Assembly: GCF_000372725.1 (NCBI RefSeq)
Contig: NW_005201391.1
Span: 112,736 to 176,735 of the forward strand
Reading direction: 5' to 3'
DNA length: 64,000 bases
DNA from: Emiliania huxleyi CCMP1516
Lineage: Eukaryota
Part shown: positions 1 through 10,631 of the stretch, in pieces
Position numbering within the stretch: the first letter of the stretch is position 1
Layout: each line of letters starts with the position of its first letter
Translations under genes and position numbers: made by a program
Notes under the pieces: generated by a model
Databases searched by the model: none
What the model saw: only the letters and a program-made list of their open reading frames with translations
What the model was told of the DNA's origin: nothing

Positions 1-869
1 GGTGCCGGGGGCGCGCAGGCCGACGGCGGGGCTGGCACGGAGGAGGTCGCGGCGTTGCGGAGGAGCTCGCTCGCTCGGATCGAGAGCGCGAGGCGGCTCA
101 GTCCGGCTCTGCTGCAGCTGCTCATGGAGTGCGGCGCGTGCGAGCAGGCGCTGTCTTTCGTCGAGAATGATGTGCTCGACGTGCAGACGCTGCGGCTGCT
201 GGAGTTGCGCGCGCTGCTCGACGTGGGGGTCAGGCTCGGGCAGGCGGCACGGCTGCTTGCCGCCGCGGCCACAGCGCCGCACCCGCACCCAGCAGATGCC
301 CCACACCGAGCCGCCTCCCCCTATCGCGCAGCGGGGAAGGAGGAGGTGTAGTGGCTGCGCTGGTGGTGGTCTTGTGAAGGCGTTCAATGCCGGGGCTATT
401 TGCGCTTAGTTAATGAAAGTGCCCGAGATCACGTCGAAAGTGCCTTAGAAGAGGTTTCAATATCTCCCGGTCCCAGCTCCGCTCAGTATCGTCGGGAGAC
501 GGGAGCTAGAACTTGGCCCAAATCACCGCGGGGACGCACGACTCAATTACGGTAGCCCGGTGGGATGGGGCCGCCGGGCGCCGGGCTCGAAACCTGCGTC
601 CAGCGCTGCCTCAGCGTGTGCGCGCGTGCAGCGCCGCCGACAGCATCCGTCGGGACGAGCCCTCGCACCGAGCTCAGCCATGACCCTGCGGTTAGCATCA
701 AAGCGGTGTCTTTCCTCGTTAAGCTCAAGGCTCTGCCCATGTTGAACCTGCAGGTCCGAGGCCAATCTCGGGCAAAATCGGGCAATCCCGAATGATTGAT
801 TTCGGGTGATGCCCCTCGACCCCTTGCACCACAGGCTTTCATGGGGGAGCCTGGCCAGCGCTTCAAGAT

Positions 870-1382
870 GTGGAGAGAGCTGGAGCGCTCGCGCGTGCAG
901 GAGCCACTACTTGCGCATTGCTCCCGATACACGGGCTTCTAGCACACTTACAGCGCACCCCTGCGCACCGCCCGCAGGATAAGGCGCTCCGGCACGGTGG
1001 CCTTTTGCACCTCCGCAGAGGCTTCGAGTTGCCCCGTCAATTGACTCTGGAGGAGGACTCGCTGAGCTACGTCCACGTATCCGATGGTGGTGGGGTGGAA
1101 AAGGAGGGGGTGGTACCCAGCGTGATCCACTTTGACGACGTCCACCGCGTCGCAGCGATGCCTCCGGAGCCCATCATGCACATCGACGGTCGCACTGGCG
1201 AGCGGCGTGTGATTGGCAAAAAGCCGTCGAAGCGATGGAAGATCATGATGAAGGACGCGTCGGAGCCGGCATACGAGTTTGTGGCTTCCACGACGGAGGC
1301 GCGCGACGCATGGGTCTACTGCGTGCGAACCAATTTAAACGCGCACAACCGGCGCGCGCTGTCCACTGCCCTCGCACGCTAG
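870..1382 (+). CDS. PH-domain-containing protein (exon of a probably multi-exon gene, ~565-1576)
   Basis: KRWKIMMKDASEPAYEFVASTTEARDAWVYCVRTNL matches the C-terminal strand and Trp helix of PH domains. True start and stop are unresolved. Confidence 0.5.
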   Translation: MERAGALARAGATTCALLPIHGLLAHLQRTPAHRPQDKALRHGGLLHLRRGFELPRQLTLEEDSLSYVHVSDGGGVEKEGVVPSVIHFDDVHRVAAMPPEPIMHIDGRTGERRVIGKKPSKRWKIMMKDASEPAYEFVASTTEARDAWVYCVRTNLNAHNRRALSTALAR

Positions 1383-1891
1383 ACGGGTCTGTCGTCTCAC
1401 CGCGCGGGTTGTCTAGGCGGCACGGGCTGGACATGATGCTAACCTCCCCCGCTCTCCGTGAGCTTGAGAGCAAGTTCGTGCTATCCGACCTCGCTGACGA
1501 TGCGACGCTCATCCCCCTCCATACGCTCGACAAAGTGAACGAGGAATCTGAGTATGACGAGGCCGAGGGAGCATGAAGCAGCCAGGCGCGGGAGGCGAGC
1601 CGCTCGCCCGACGCGACACGCGCGCTCCGGCTCGGCGTGCTGCCCTGTGGAAGCCGTGTGCGCGTACCCGCTTTTCATGGACGCTTTGATTGATACTCTA
1701 GTTTGTTTGTTGTTTGTGCCTGTCGTGGCCGTACTCATGAGGGTCCCCTATCGTTAACACCGTGTCGCTGCGCACACGTCTGTCTGCATGTACTCGCTGG
1801 TGTCATTGGCTGATGTGGAGCTGCGCTCTGTTTGTCCCAACCGGTTCGTTTTGGCCTTTCTTTGCCCTCCGACGTTTCCGTTGCCAGTGAG

Positions 1892-1966
1892 TTGGAGCAC
1901 TTGGAGCACTTGGAGTGCAGTCATTAACCTCACGCCCAGGACCGGGGAGCTGAGAAGCGCACCCAG
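1892..1966 (+). repeat. 5' fragment of unclassified dispersed repeat 'family A'
   Basis: TTGGAGCACTTGGAGTGCAGTCA...GAGAAGCGCACCCAG is shared with 10510, 52841 and (reverse) 48449. Confidence 0.8.
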
Positions 1967-2458
1967 TGTGTGGAGAAGTTTACCTTCCCTTGCCTTACCT
2001 AGGTCGCGCCGACGACGCCGCTGCTGCACGTCTACTCGGAGCAGCTCACCGCCTCGCGCGCCTCGTGCGAGGATGCGATGCGCCGCCTCTTCGCCTTCCT
2101 GGGCGTGCCGCCTCTGCCAGCGGTGTGCGACCGTGCGGGCGCTCCCGCGCCGGAGAGGCGGAGTGGCGAGTGCCGCGGCGGGGACGGGCTCTGCAGCGTT
2201 GAGAAGCTGCGAGCCCCGCGCCGCGCATGGCTATACCATCGACGAGTTGCTGACGAGCTGACACTCGGTTTGAGTGAGGCTGAGGCCTCCATAGAGCCGC
2301 GTACGCGATCGTCCGGCTGACGGCGCTTTAGATCTAGATGTCTGTCTCTGTGTCTGACCGATCGGACCTATCTTTGGATTTGTGCGCGTTGCGGCCGACA
2401 CCCCACATCCACAGACTCGGCACTGCACGCACAGAATCTCAACACCGCGCCGGTACTG

Positions 2459-3556
2459 CTACAGCAGCCGCCTCAGGCTAGCCTCCATCGCCTGCCTCGG
2501 CACGTTGCCGATCAGCGTCTGCAGCAGCTTCCGCTCGGCCGAGATGAAGCCGAAGTGCGGCACGCCGTCGACGCTGAAGAGGGAGACGAGCTGCTCGTTC
2601 TTCGGGTCGGCGCCGTCGACGAGCACGAAGTTGACGCGCCCCGCGTACTCCTTCTCCAGCCGGTACATCATCGGCGCCATCTCGCGGCACTCGGCACACC
2701 ACGGCGCGTAAAACTCGACCAGCGTGCCGCGGCCAGAGGCGAGGGCCTGCGCCGGGGCAGAGCGCCAAGGGGCAGAGCACGCCGAGATGCCGCCGAGGTT
2801 CGGCCGAGAGGTAGAGCCGGTACGTCGCCGAGAGAGAGGCTGCCGAGAGGTGGTCGAGAGGCAGCCGAGAGGTGGCCGAGAGGCAGCCGAGAGAGAGGCA
2901 GCCGAGAGGTGGCCGAGAGGTGGCCGAGAGGTGGCCGAGAGGCAGCCGCGGCCGGCAGCGCGCGCCTGCGGCAGCGGCGGCGACTCCGCCTCGAGCTTGC
3001 GAAGCAGCGTGACCGGGTCGAGCGGGTCGAAACGCTGGTACGCGTAGAGCGAGGCCGCGGCCAGAGCCGACCCAGCCGCGAGCGCTACATTCCGCCGCGG
3101 CACGGGCGTGCGCGCCGTGGCCTGCAGCGCCGCGGCGTCGGCCGGGAGCGATCCAGAGTCGAGCAGCTGCTGCAGCGCGCCGCTGCGAAGGAGAGGCATC
3201 GCCCCCATCCACGGCTCGGGACCGTCGTTGCACCCTCCCACGAACCGCTCGCCCACAAAGACGTACGGCACCGTCCGCTGGCCCGTCCTCTGCCGCAGCG
3301 CCTCCCGGCCGCTCGCATCGAGCATGTGCACCTCCGGCTCCAGCCCGGCGGAGGCGAGCTCGCGGCGCAACTCGAGGCAATACGGGCACGCCTCCGCCGC
3401 GAATACCAGCAGCGGCGCACCGCCAATGAGCTCGTCCGGCGTCGCAGCCTCCCCGCCGCCGCCGCCGGCGCTCATACCAACGACAGGGCTGCAGCGCGGC
3501 CGAGCAGGCGCAAGCGGCGGCTGCCAGGCGGCGAGGGATAGGCTGGCGAGAAGCAT
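2459..3556 (-). CDS. Glutaredoxin (CPYC) fused to an HCF164-like thioredoxin (WCAEC); probable plastid-targeted; in-frame GC-AG intron 2747-2965
   Basis: N-terminal signal/transit-like MLLASLSLAAWQPP; ACPYC, TVPYVFVGERFVGGC (Grx); hydrophobic anchor; LVEFYAPWCAEC, VDGVPHF (Trx). The intron is filled with CTCTCGGCCAC repeats. Confidence 0.85.
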   Translation of the reverse strand: MLLASLSLAAWQPPLAPARPRCSPVVGMSAGGGGGEAATPDELIGGAPLLVFAAEACPYCLELRRELASAGLEPEVHMLDASGREALRQRTGQRTVPYVFVGERFVGGCNDGPEPWMGAMPLLRSGALQQLLDSGSLPADAAALQATARTPVPRRNVALAAGSALAAASLYAYQRFDPLDPVTLLRKLEAESPPLPQARAAGRGCLSATSRPPLGHLSAASLSAASRPPLGCLSTTSRQPLSRRRTGSTSRPNLGGISACSAPWRSAPAQALASGRGTLVEFYAPWCAECREMAPMMYRLEKEYAGRVNFVLVDGADPKNEQLVSLFSVDGVPHFGFISAERKLLQTLIGNVPRQAMEASLRRLL

Positions 3557-4189
3557 ATCTGGGCGAAGAGAGCGCGCGACAGCACCGAGAGCGCGAGGCG
3601 ATCGCCAAAAACAAGAAAACCCACGCGATAGTACACCAGAAGAAAAACCGGTACGCTCGCCTGTGGGAATGGCGGCGTGCTGCTCCCGAGGGCCGCGGGG
3701 TCCAGAGCAGAAGCTGACCTTTGTGAAGGACGCACGTTCACTGCGACGGGCACTCGCATATCGGTCGGTTGCGACTTCTCCGCTGAGGAGAGCCTGCGCT
3801 CTCGCGCCGCCGATACTGGCACCTGCCTGAGCATGCCGACACCCGTCACTGGCAAAGCACGAGCAAAACGCAGCCGAAAGCCACAGAGAGATGGCACGCC
3901 GTACCGCTCCGCCGCCGCCTCCGCCGCCGCCTCCTCCACCGCCGCCGTCACTACCACCAACATCGCCGTCACAGCTGCGCTAGAGGAGGCGGAACCCCCC
4001 GACTCGAGCGTGGCGGCCTCGGACACACTCCTTGGAGAGGGCGGCGCGGCGGCTGGCGGCAAGCCAGGGCGGGAAAGCCGCAAGCTCAAGCAGCCGAACG
4101 GCAAGGTGGCACCCGCCAGGCAAGGGGGCGGCGGCGGCACCAACTGCCGCGCCCTTTTCTGGCGGCGTGGAGAGCGGAACGGACGAGGA

Positions 4190-5422
4190 CGCCGTCCCCG
4201 AGGAGATCGTGGAGGCGGCTTGGCAAGACGACGAGGCGGTGCTGACATGGCTCGACGGCGGCGGGTGGACGCGACATTCACTCATGAGGGTCTGAGCGGC
4301 TTTACGCTGCTGATGGTCGCCGCCCTCTGCGGCTACGAGCGGCTGGCCGTGGCGTTGCTGCAGCGTGGCGCTTCGGTCGACCTTCAGAACAGCAAGGGTG
4401 GCACCGCGCTGATGCTTGCCGCCCTCAACGGCCACAAGCGGGTGGTCAAGCTGCTGCTGCATCACGGGGCGGAGGTCAACCTGCAGAACAGCGTCGGCAG
4501 CACCGCGCTGATGTGGGCCGCCCAGGAAGGCCACGAGCGGGTGGTCGAGCTGCTGCTGCAGCATGGCGCGGACATCAACCAGCAACACAATGCCGGCGTC
4601 ACCGCGCTGATGCGCGCCGCCCTCCAGAACTAGCCCGCGGCCGTACTCTGCCTGCTGCGGGCGGGCGCCGACACGGAACTGCGCACGGCGGCTGGACTCA
4701 CGGCGCTGTGGATCGCCAAGAAGGAGGGCAACGACGAGTGCGTGCGCGCCCTCGAGGAGCATGCGGCGGCCAAGGCGGCGGCCGAGAAGGCGGCGAAAGA
4801 GGCGGCGTGGGCTGCGGGGGCGGCGGAGAGGGCGGCGGAGCGGGCGGCGGCGGAGGCGGAGGCGGCGCGGCATGCCGAGGAGCTGCTGGCGGAGGTCGAG
4901 GCGGAGAAGCGCGGCAAGGGCAAGAAGGGCAAGAAGAAGAAGAAGGGCGGCGGGGGCGGCGGCGCTGGGCCGTCGCAGGATCCCGAGGCGGCGCCAGAGG
5001 CAGCTGCAGCCAAGCCCGCGAAGCTGGACAGGGAGGGGTTGATCAGGCTTCTCGAGACGCTCCACGAGGAGCGGATTCGGTACGGCATCACGGCGGAGAC
5101 GTCGGTCGCGGGGCTGGCGGAGGCGTTGGGAGAGGAGGCCGAGGCGGCTGGCGAAGCGAGCGAGGAGGAGACGGCAGAGGCGGGTGAGGAGGCAGCAATG
5201 GTGGCAGCGGAGGCGCGCCGGGAGGCTGAAGCCGAGGCGGACGCTCTGGCAGCGGCAGAGGAGGAGGCGGCCGCCGCGGCAGCGGCTGCTGCGGCGGCTG
5301 CGGCGGCGGTGGCTGCGGCTGCGGCGGCAGAGGTGGCGGAGGCAGCAGAGGCGGCACTGGCTGCCGCCAAGGCGAGGCGTGCGTCAGCGGCCGCCGCGAG
5401 GGCCAAGGGGGATGCCGACTAG
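4190..5422 (+). pseudogene. Ankyrin-repeat protein with Ala/Glu-rich tail, disrupted
   Basis: Repeated GxTALMxAAxxGHxxVVxLLLxxGA motifs. In-frame TAG at 4631-4633 interrupts a repeat (QN*PAAVLCLLRAGAD). Apparent 1-nt frameshift near 4260 (WLDGGG/RVDA). Confidence 0.8.
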
Positions 5423-5773
5423 CCGCGCGCAAGGACAACATCCAAGTACAGTACTGCTACTGGCGCCGGCGTACGGATCGTGGTTGAAGTATGAAGAGGC
5501 ATGTGCTGGGTGAAGAAGGTGGGTGCAGGGAGGAGGGGGGGGGGGTGAGCTCGCTGTCCCGTGGGTCTTGTCTGTTCATGGGGGCTCCGCGATCGTCACC
5601 GCTGAAAAGGGGAAGAGTGAGAGGACGCTTTTGTGGGAGAGGGAGGGGTGGAGCTCGCTGCACAGTCCCTAGCTTGATTGTACGAAACGTACACCGGACA
5701 CCGGGCGGAACCGGAAGGCCGGAACGGCAAAACACGCTTTGGCAATCCCTTTGGAAACGTGCGGCACTACGAT

Positions 5774-6684
5774 CTACGTCTCCTTTTCGCAGCAGTAGTA
5801 CGTCACCCCCACATTGTCCGCCCAACTCATGCCGACTGGCCGCTCCTCGACGGCCGCCAGCGAGCAGGCGGCCGCGTCGTCGGGCCACGCCTCCTCGAGC
5901 GGCAGCCTGCGCAGCGTCGCCACGCAGCGCAGCGTCGGCAGCGCGGCGAGCGCCGCCACCATCGCCACGTTGAGCTCGTCCGGGAAGCACAAGTTCGCCA
6001 TGTAGACGTGCGTCGCGCCCTGCAGCACCCCCGGCGCCGTGCCGTCGGCGTGGAGCAGCTCGACGCGCGCCGCCTCGTCGGCGGTCAGGAAGCCGTCGCG
6101 CGCCGCCGCCGCCAGGGCCCGCTCCGCGAGGGCGGCGCGCGCCTCGACGTACTCGACGCCTCGCCCGCGCGACTGCGTGAGCAGCGCGGCCGCGAAGAGC
6201 AGCTTGCCTGCGGGGAGAGCTCCGAGAAGGCTCGCGGACGGTTCCCCTCTGCCGCGCCGCCGCGCGAGGAGCAGCTTGCCGACGCCGCTTCCGACGTCGA
6301 CGAGCAGGGAGGCTGCGCCGAGGGGGAAGGGGTCCGGCCATCCGGTCAACAGCTGCACCATCCCCTCGGCGGAGAGCTCTCCGTACGTCGCCTCCTTGCC
6401 GCGGGACGCCGCCCCCTCCTCCTCCTCTCCGCTCGCAGAGAAGCCGGAGGTGCGCGACGCGTCGAGCGACGCGAGCAGCGCCTCGAGCCGCGCGGCGCCG
6501 CGCCCGCTCACCGCCGCGTCTCGACAGAGCGCCGGCGTGGGAAGGAAGGCCTGAGGTTTGGGGAAGGCTCGGAGGGGTTCCGAGAAGATTCCGAGAAGGC
6601 ATGGGCTATCCACCGGCATCTCCACGTCCAAAGGCAGGAGCCCCACGGCAAAGCAAGTGCAAAACCCGGTGCGCGCGCGCGCGC

Positions 6685-6737
<53 letters not shown>

Positions 6738-6785
6738 TGCGTGTGTACGTGTGCGCGTGTGTGCCTGTGTGCGTGTGTGCCTGTG

Positions 6786-6821
<36 letters not shown>

Positions 6822-7847
6822 TGTGTGCGTGTGTGCGTGTGTGCGTGTGTGCGTGCGAGCGTGTGTGCGTGTGTGCGTGTGTGCGTGTGTGCGTGCGTGC
6901 GTGCGTGCGTGTGTGCGTGTGTGCGTGCGTGCGTGCGTGCGTGTGTGCGTGTGTGCGTGCGTGCGTGTGTGCGTGTGTGCGTGTGTGCGTGCGTGCGTGT
7001 GTGCGTGTGTGCGTGTGTGCGTGTGTGCGTGTGTGCGTGTGTGCGTGCGTGCGTGTGTGCGTGTGTGCGTGTGTGCGTGCGTGCGTGCGTGCGTGCGTGT
7101 GTGCGTGTGTGCGTGTGCTGGTCTCAACGCCTCGAGCTGGCAGCGCAGCGGATCCGACTGCTCAAACAGCCGGCGCGAGGCGCTCGTGGAGAGCGGCGCG
7201 GTGTCGAGGAAGGCTGACGAGGCGCGTCCGCGCGGGGCAGCGCCCGCCGTCGTCCGCGCGCCGTGCATCACGCCCGCGAGATGGAGGCCGCCGCCTCCAG
7301 CTCCGCCGACACCACCGCCACCGCCACCACCGCTACCGCCGCCTGCTCCTCCTCCGGGCGGTGGTGATGGCGGGGCGAGGAGCGGGTCCTCGCAGTAGTG
7401 ATGGACGCGCAGCAGCCAGGGACCAGAGGAGGCGCAGCTTCCGCGTCCCTCCTCCAGGTAGTGCGCCGTCAGCACCGGCCGCACACGCCCGCCCGGGCAG
7501 CGGGCCCACCTCGGCCCTGAGCCCAGCCGCAGGTCGAGGCCGGTGCTCCAACGGACCAGTGCTCCAGCGGCGGCGCCGCGCGCCTCCAGCGGACCCTCGC
7601 ACGCGACGGGATCGTCCAGCGCCTGGATCGCCTCGCCTCGTCCGGCGCACACCGTCCAATTGTGCACCGACTCGGTGCAGCCCGCGCCGCGAACAGCGTC
7701 CTGGAGCGTCTGCAGCCATAGGCCGCCGGCCGGCAGCCCTGGCGCTGGTGTCGTGTGTCTGACCGCGTGGATGGCATCGGCGATGTGGTCGTGATAGAGG
7801 TGGGGTGCAAACGGGCTCGCTGACAACGGGCTGGCGGGCGCCGGCAT
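5774..7847 (-). CDS. DOT1-like class I SAM-dependent methyltransferase; GC-AG introns 6551-7130 and 6208-6279
   Basis: [36 protein letters not shown] are DOT1-family motifs. Both predicted splices keep the frame. The 5' end is uncertain. Confidence 0.75.
6671..7117. repeat. Compound (GC)n/(GT)n/(GTGC)n microsatellite inside an intron
   Basis: Direct reading. Confidence 0.95.
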
Positions 7848-7908
7848 ACAGTTGTGCAAAACCTAAAAAGAATTAACAAAACAACTCTCTCTCACAGCAC
7901 ACAGGCTC

Positions 7909-8079
7909 AGGTTGCAGCGAGAATCGGCGAGAGACTGCGAAAAGAGATAGGAAGAGGCAGACTCCCTAGGGTGGGCGACGGCTAGCGCATCACACTCCTC
8001 TCCTTAAAATCCCTGTGTGGTGGCGGCGTGCCGTCCTCCCATCCCTCCCTTGGGTTGTCTGTTTTCTTTCTTTCTTTTT
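7909..8079 (+). mobile_element. 5'-truncated non-LTR retrotransposon copy with (TTTC)n tail
   Basis: Near-identical to the 3' end of 46992-48095. 13-bp TSD AGCACACAGGCTC at 7896-7908 and 8080-8092. Confidence 0.88.
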
Positions 8080-8184
8080 AGCACACAGGCTCGACACAGG
8101 TGCGAACTGGCGCGTGCTAGTACTATCACCGGCACACCTAAAAAGAAAAGAAAAAATCCCTCGGAGGGGAGGTCGGGCCCCGCG

Positions 8185-8487
8185 AAAGAAGCCGCGAGAA
8201 CAAGGGACCGGCAGACGGCGGCGTCGCAGGACGAGGCAGAAGAGAACGACGCGACAGAGGAGGAAATGACAAGGGAGAGAACGACGAGAGTGGGACGACC
8301 GCGAGGTGGCATGAAGGTTGCAGCGAGAAGCGGCGAGAGACTGCGAAGAGAGATAGGAAGAGGCAGACTCCCTAGGGTGGGCGACGGCTAGCGCATCACA
8401 CACCTCTCCTTAAAATCCCTGTGTGGTGGCGGCGTGCCGTCCTCCCATCCCTCCATTGGGTTGTCCGTTTTCTTTCTTTTCTTTCTT
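8185..8487 (+). mobile_element. 5'-truncated non-LTR retrotransposon copy with (TTTC)n tail
   Basis: Near-identical to ~47790-48095. 12-bp TSD TCGGGCCCCGCG at 8173-8184 and 8488-8499. Confidence 0.88.
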
Positions 8488-8642
8488 TCGGGCCCCGCGC
8501 CCGTCGCACAACTATCGGGATGCGACCAGAAGGAAGGACCGAGAGGTGGGGGAAGACGCCCCGGAGTGAAAGTTGGGAGACCACGAAGAGGGGTCCGGAG
8601 TGGTGAGGCGCCGGGTGTGGGTGGGCGTTGAGTCCGTGTCGA

Positions 8643-8718
8643 GTGTTTACTAGCTCCGAGTAGAGGGGGCGTTCTGCTGCTAGGGGAAACCTGGAGCGCG
8701 GAGCTAACCCTCGGAGAT
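8643..8718 (-). repeat. 3' fragment of unclassified repeat 'family A'
   Basis: TAGCTCCGAGTAGAGGGGGCGTTCTGCTGCTAGGGG..AAACCTGGAGCGCGG..CTAACCCTCGGAGA matches 48173-48249 and, reversed, ~54615-54656. Confidence 0.8.
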
Positions 8719-8955
8719 AAACGGCCAGCTTCCCAACTAGGGCAGGGAACCCCCAGCGACGCTAGTGTGGAGCCTACTTAGTACGCGATCCCGCAGCCGG
8801 CAGGGCAGGGGGGTGTGGATCCTGGCCGCTCTAAAAGGGGGGATATATGTGTCTAGAGAGAGGAGAAGCCGGGGGGGAGATTGGGCTTTGGGGTGTGCCT
8901 GTTTTTCGCGCTAAGCAATTTTTTTAGAGGTGTGTTTGCACGCGCGCATCATGGC

Positions 8956-9705
8956 TCATCCCACCGACCAACCCTCCGCCGACCCGCCGGGTTGCGGCTC
9001 CTCGTGCAGCGCTCGCCGAATGAGCTCCGCCCGCGCTGCCTCAAGGAAGCGAGCCCGCTGCGCCGCCAGCTTCCTCGCGGCACGGCCCTCCGCCTTCTGC
9101 ACCGGCGTCAGCTTGACGGGCAGGCGCGCCCCCGGCGCAGGCGGCCGCTCTCTCGGAGCCAAGCTCCTCGGCAGCATGGGCCGGCGCGGCGCCGCTGGCC
9201 CCGTGGTCGAGCCTCGGTCCGAGCGGCCCTCCCGCTTGGCCTCCCGCCCGCCCTCCCGCCCGCCCTCCTCCCCCCTGCACTGACGCTCGCCCTCCCGCCT
9301 GCGCTGCCGTGACTCGTCGCCGCTGTCCGACGCGCCGCGCCGGCGCCGGCTGCCACTGCCGCGGTCGAGGTCCACGGCGGCCGGCGCACCGCCCGCCGCC
9401 TTGTACCGCCACTCACCGTCCCGACTCCGGGCGGCATAGGCGTGCGAGGCGGACGGGTGCTTCATGAGGAGCATGGTCAGCGGCACGTCGAGCGCAACAG
9501 CGTCGCGGTCGAACTCCTTCTCGCAGATCGGGCAGCGGACTCGCCGCGGCGGCCCGGCGGCGCAGCTGTCGAGCGCCATGTAGCAGAATGCCGCCGCGTG
9601 GCTGCAGCCGGGGCCGCGGCAAGGCTGCTGCATGCGGCGAACAAGCACGCAGCACCGGAGCGGGATCTTCTCCCGCACGCGGACCTCCACGACGTCGTCG
9701 GTCAT
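8956..9705 (-). CDS. SP-RING (zf-MIZ) domain protein, putative SUMO-ligase-like
   Basis: KIPLRCCVLVRRMQQPCRGPGCSHAAAF...RCPICEK fits the SP-RING pattern. ATG at 9705 (MTDDVVEV). Confidence 0.7.
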   Translation of the reverse strand: MTDDVVEVRVREKIPLRCCVLVRRMQQPCRGPGCSHAAAFCYMALDSCAAGPPRRVRCPICEKEFDRDAVALDVPLTMLLMKHPSASHAYAARSRDGEWRYKAAGGAPAAVDLDRGSGSRRRRGASDSGDESRQRRREGERQCRGEEGGREGGREAKREGRSDRGSTTGPAAPRRPMLPRSLAPRERPPAPGARLPVKLTPVQKAEGRAARKLAAQRARFLEAARAELIRRALHEEPQPGGSAEGWSVG

Positions 9706-9799
9706 GCGAGAGCCGCAGACCAAAAAAGAGAAAATGAGGCGCCACACCGTCAGGATGGGATAATTCTCCCTTCCAGGCCGCGCGCCGGTCCTGTGTGGT

Positions 9800-9885
9800 A
9801 AAAAAGAAAAGAAAACAGACACGCCAAACGAGGGATGGGACGAGGACAGGGTCCCCACCTGCACGAGCAGGATTTTGGAAGAACG
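9800..9885 (-). mobile_element. Non-LTR retroelement 3'-end fragment
   Basis: Minus strand ...CCCATCCCTCGTTTGGCGTGTCTGTTTTCTTTTC; homologous to 10386-10480. Confidence 0.65.
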
Positions 9886-10164
9886 ATCAGGGGGACAGGT
9901 GGGGCTCTCCTGCTCCTGACAAGGGACACGACAGGCTCGCAGCGCGGTGCGCGGTGGACTCCCACATCCACTGGCGGTCTCATCTCAGTCTAGCGACCTG
10001 CCTCCAGCTTGTCGCTGGCAGTCTCTCCTACCACAGGCACACTGACACAGGGGTGGCAGGGGCGGCGGCACGAGTCTCCCACATACTATGCGGGCCTCAC
10101 TAGAGGTGCGGCCTGTGCGTGTCCTCGCCCTTGAGGGGGGAGGGGAAGGGGCTGTGTGTCTGTG

Positions 10165-10167
<3 letters not shown>

Positions 10168-10245
<78 letters not shown>

Positions 10246-10260
10246 GCGTGTGCGTGTGCG
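10168..10260. repeat. (TG)n microsatellite
   Basis: Direct reading. Confidence 0.95.
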
Positions 10261-10385
10261 AGCCGCCCTGAACGCCACGAGCGCGCCGCGAGCGCCGTAG
10301 CGCCGGCGAGCGCCGTCGGCAGCGCGCGACCGCCACCCAAAAGCGGAGGTACATCAGGAGCCGCAGCCGGCCTGCTCTATGTGGT

Positions 10386-10480
10386 AAATAAATAAATAAA
10401 TAAATACAACGGACACGCCAAACGAGGGGTGGGAGAAGGACAGGGTCCCCACCTGCACGAGCAGGATCTTGTAAGGACGA
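10386..10480 (-). mobile_element. Short non-LTR retroelement 3' end with (TTTA)n tail
   Basis: 10-bp TSD TCTATGTGGT at 10376-10385 and 10481-10490. Confidence 0.8.
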
Positions 10481-10509
10481 TCTATGTGGTGGCGGCGTGC
10501 CGTCCCGCA

Positions 10510-10588
10510 AGCACTTGGAGCACTTGGAGTGCAGTCAGTAACCTCACATCCAGGGCCGGTGAGCTGAGAAGCGCATCCAGCGGGCCAG
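10510..10588 (+). repeat. 5' fragment of unclassified repeat 'family A'
   Basis: GCACTTGGAGCACTTGGAGTGCAGTCAGTAACCTCACATCCAGGGCCGG...GAGAAGCGCA. Confidence 0.8.
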
Positions 10589-10631
10589 GAATTTAGCGTA
10601 CTTTGTTTCTGCTGTTTTAGGCCGCGCGCTC

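Noticed and set aside
2000..2320. Sulfotransferase-like C-terminal fragment (MRRLFAFLGV)
   Set aside because: Too short, with no PAPS-binding motif to support a call.
5678..7762. 694-aa and other long ORFs crossing (GT)n/(CA)n tracts (also 21955-23016, 48374-49861)
   Set aside because: These are stop-poor artefacts of high GC and microsatellites, antisense to real genes.
8692..8702. TGGAGCGCGG as an LTR primer-binding site (also 48222)
   Set aside because: It is not preceded by an LTR ending in CA and no paired LTR is visible.
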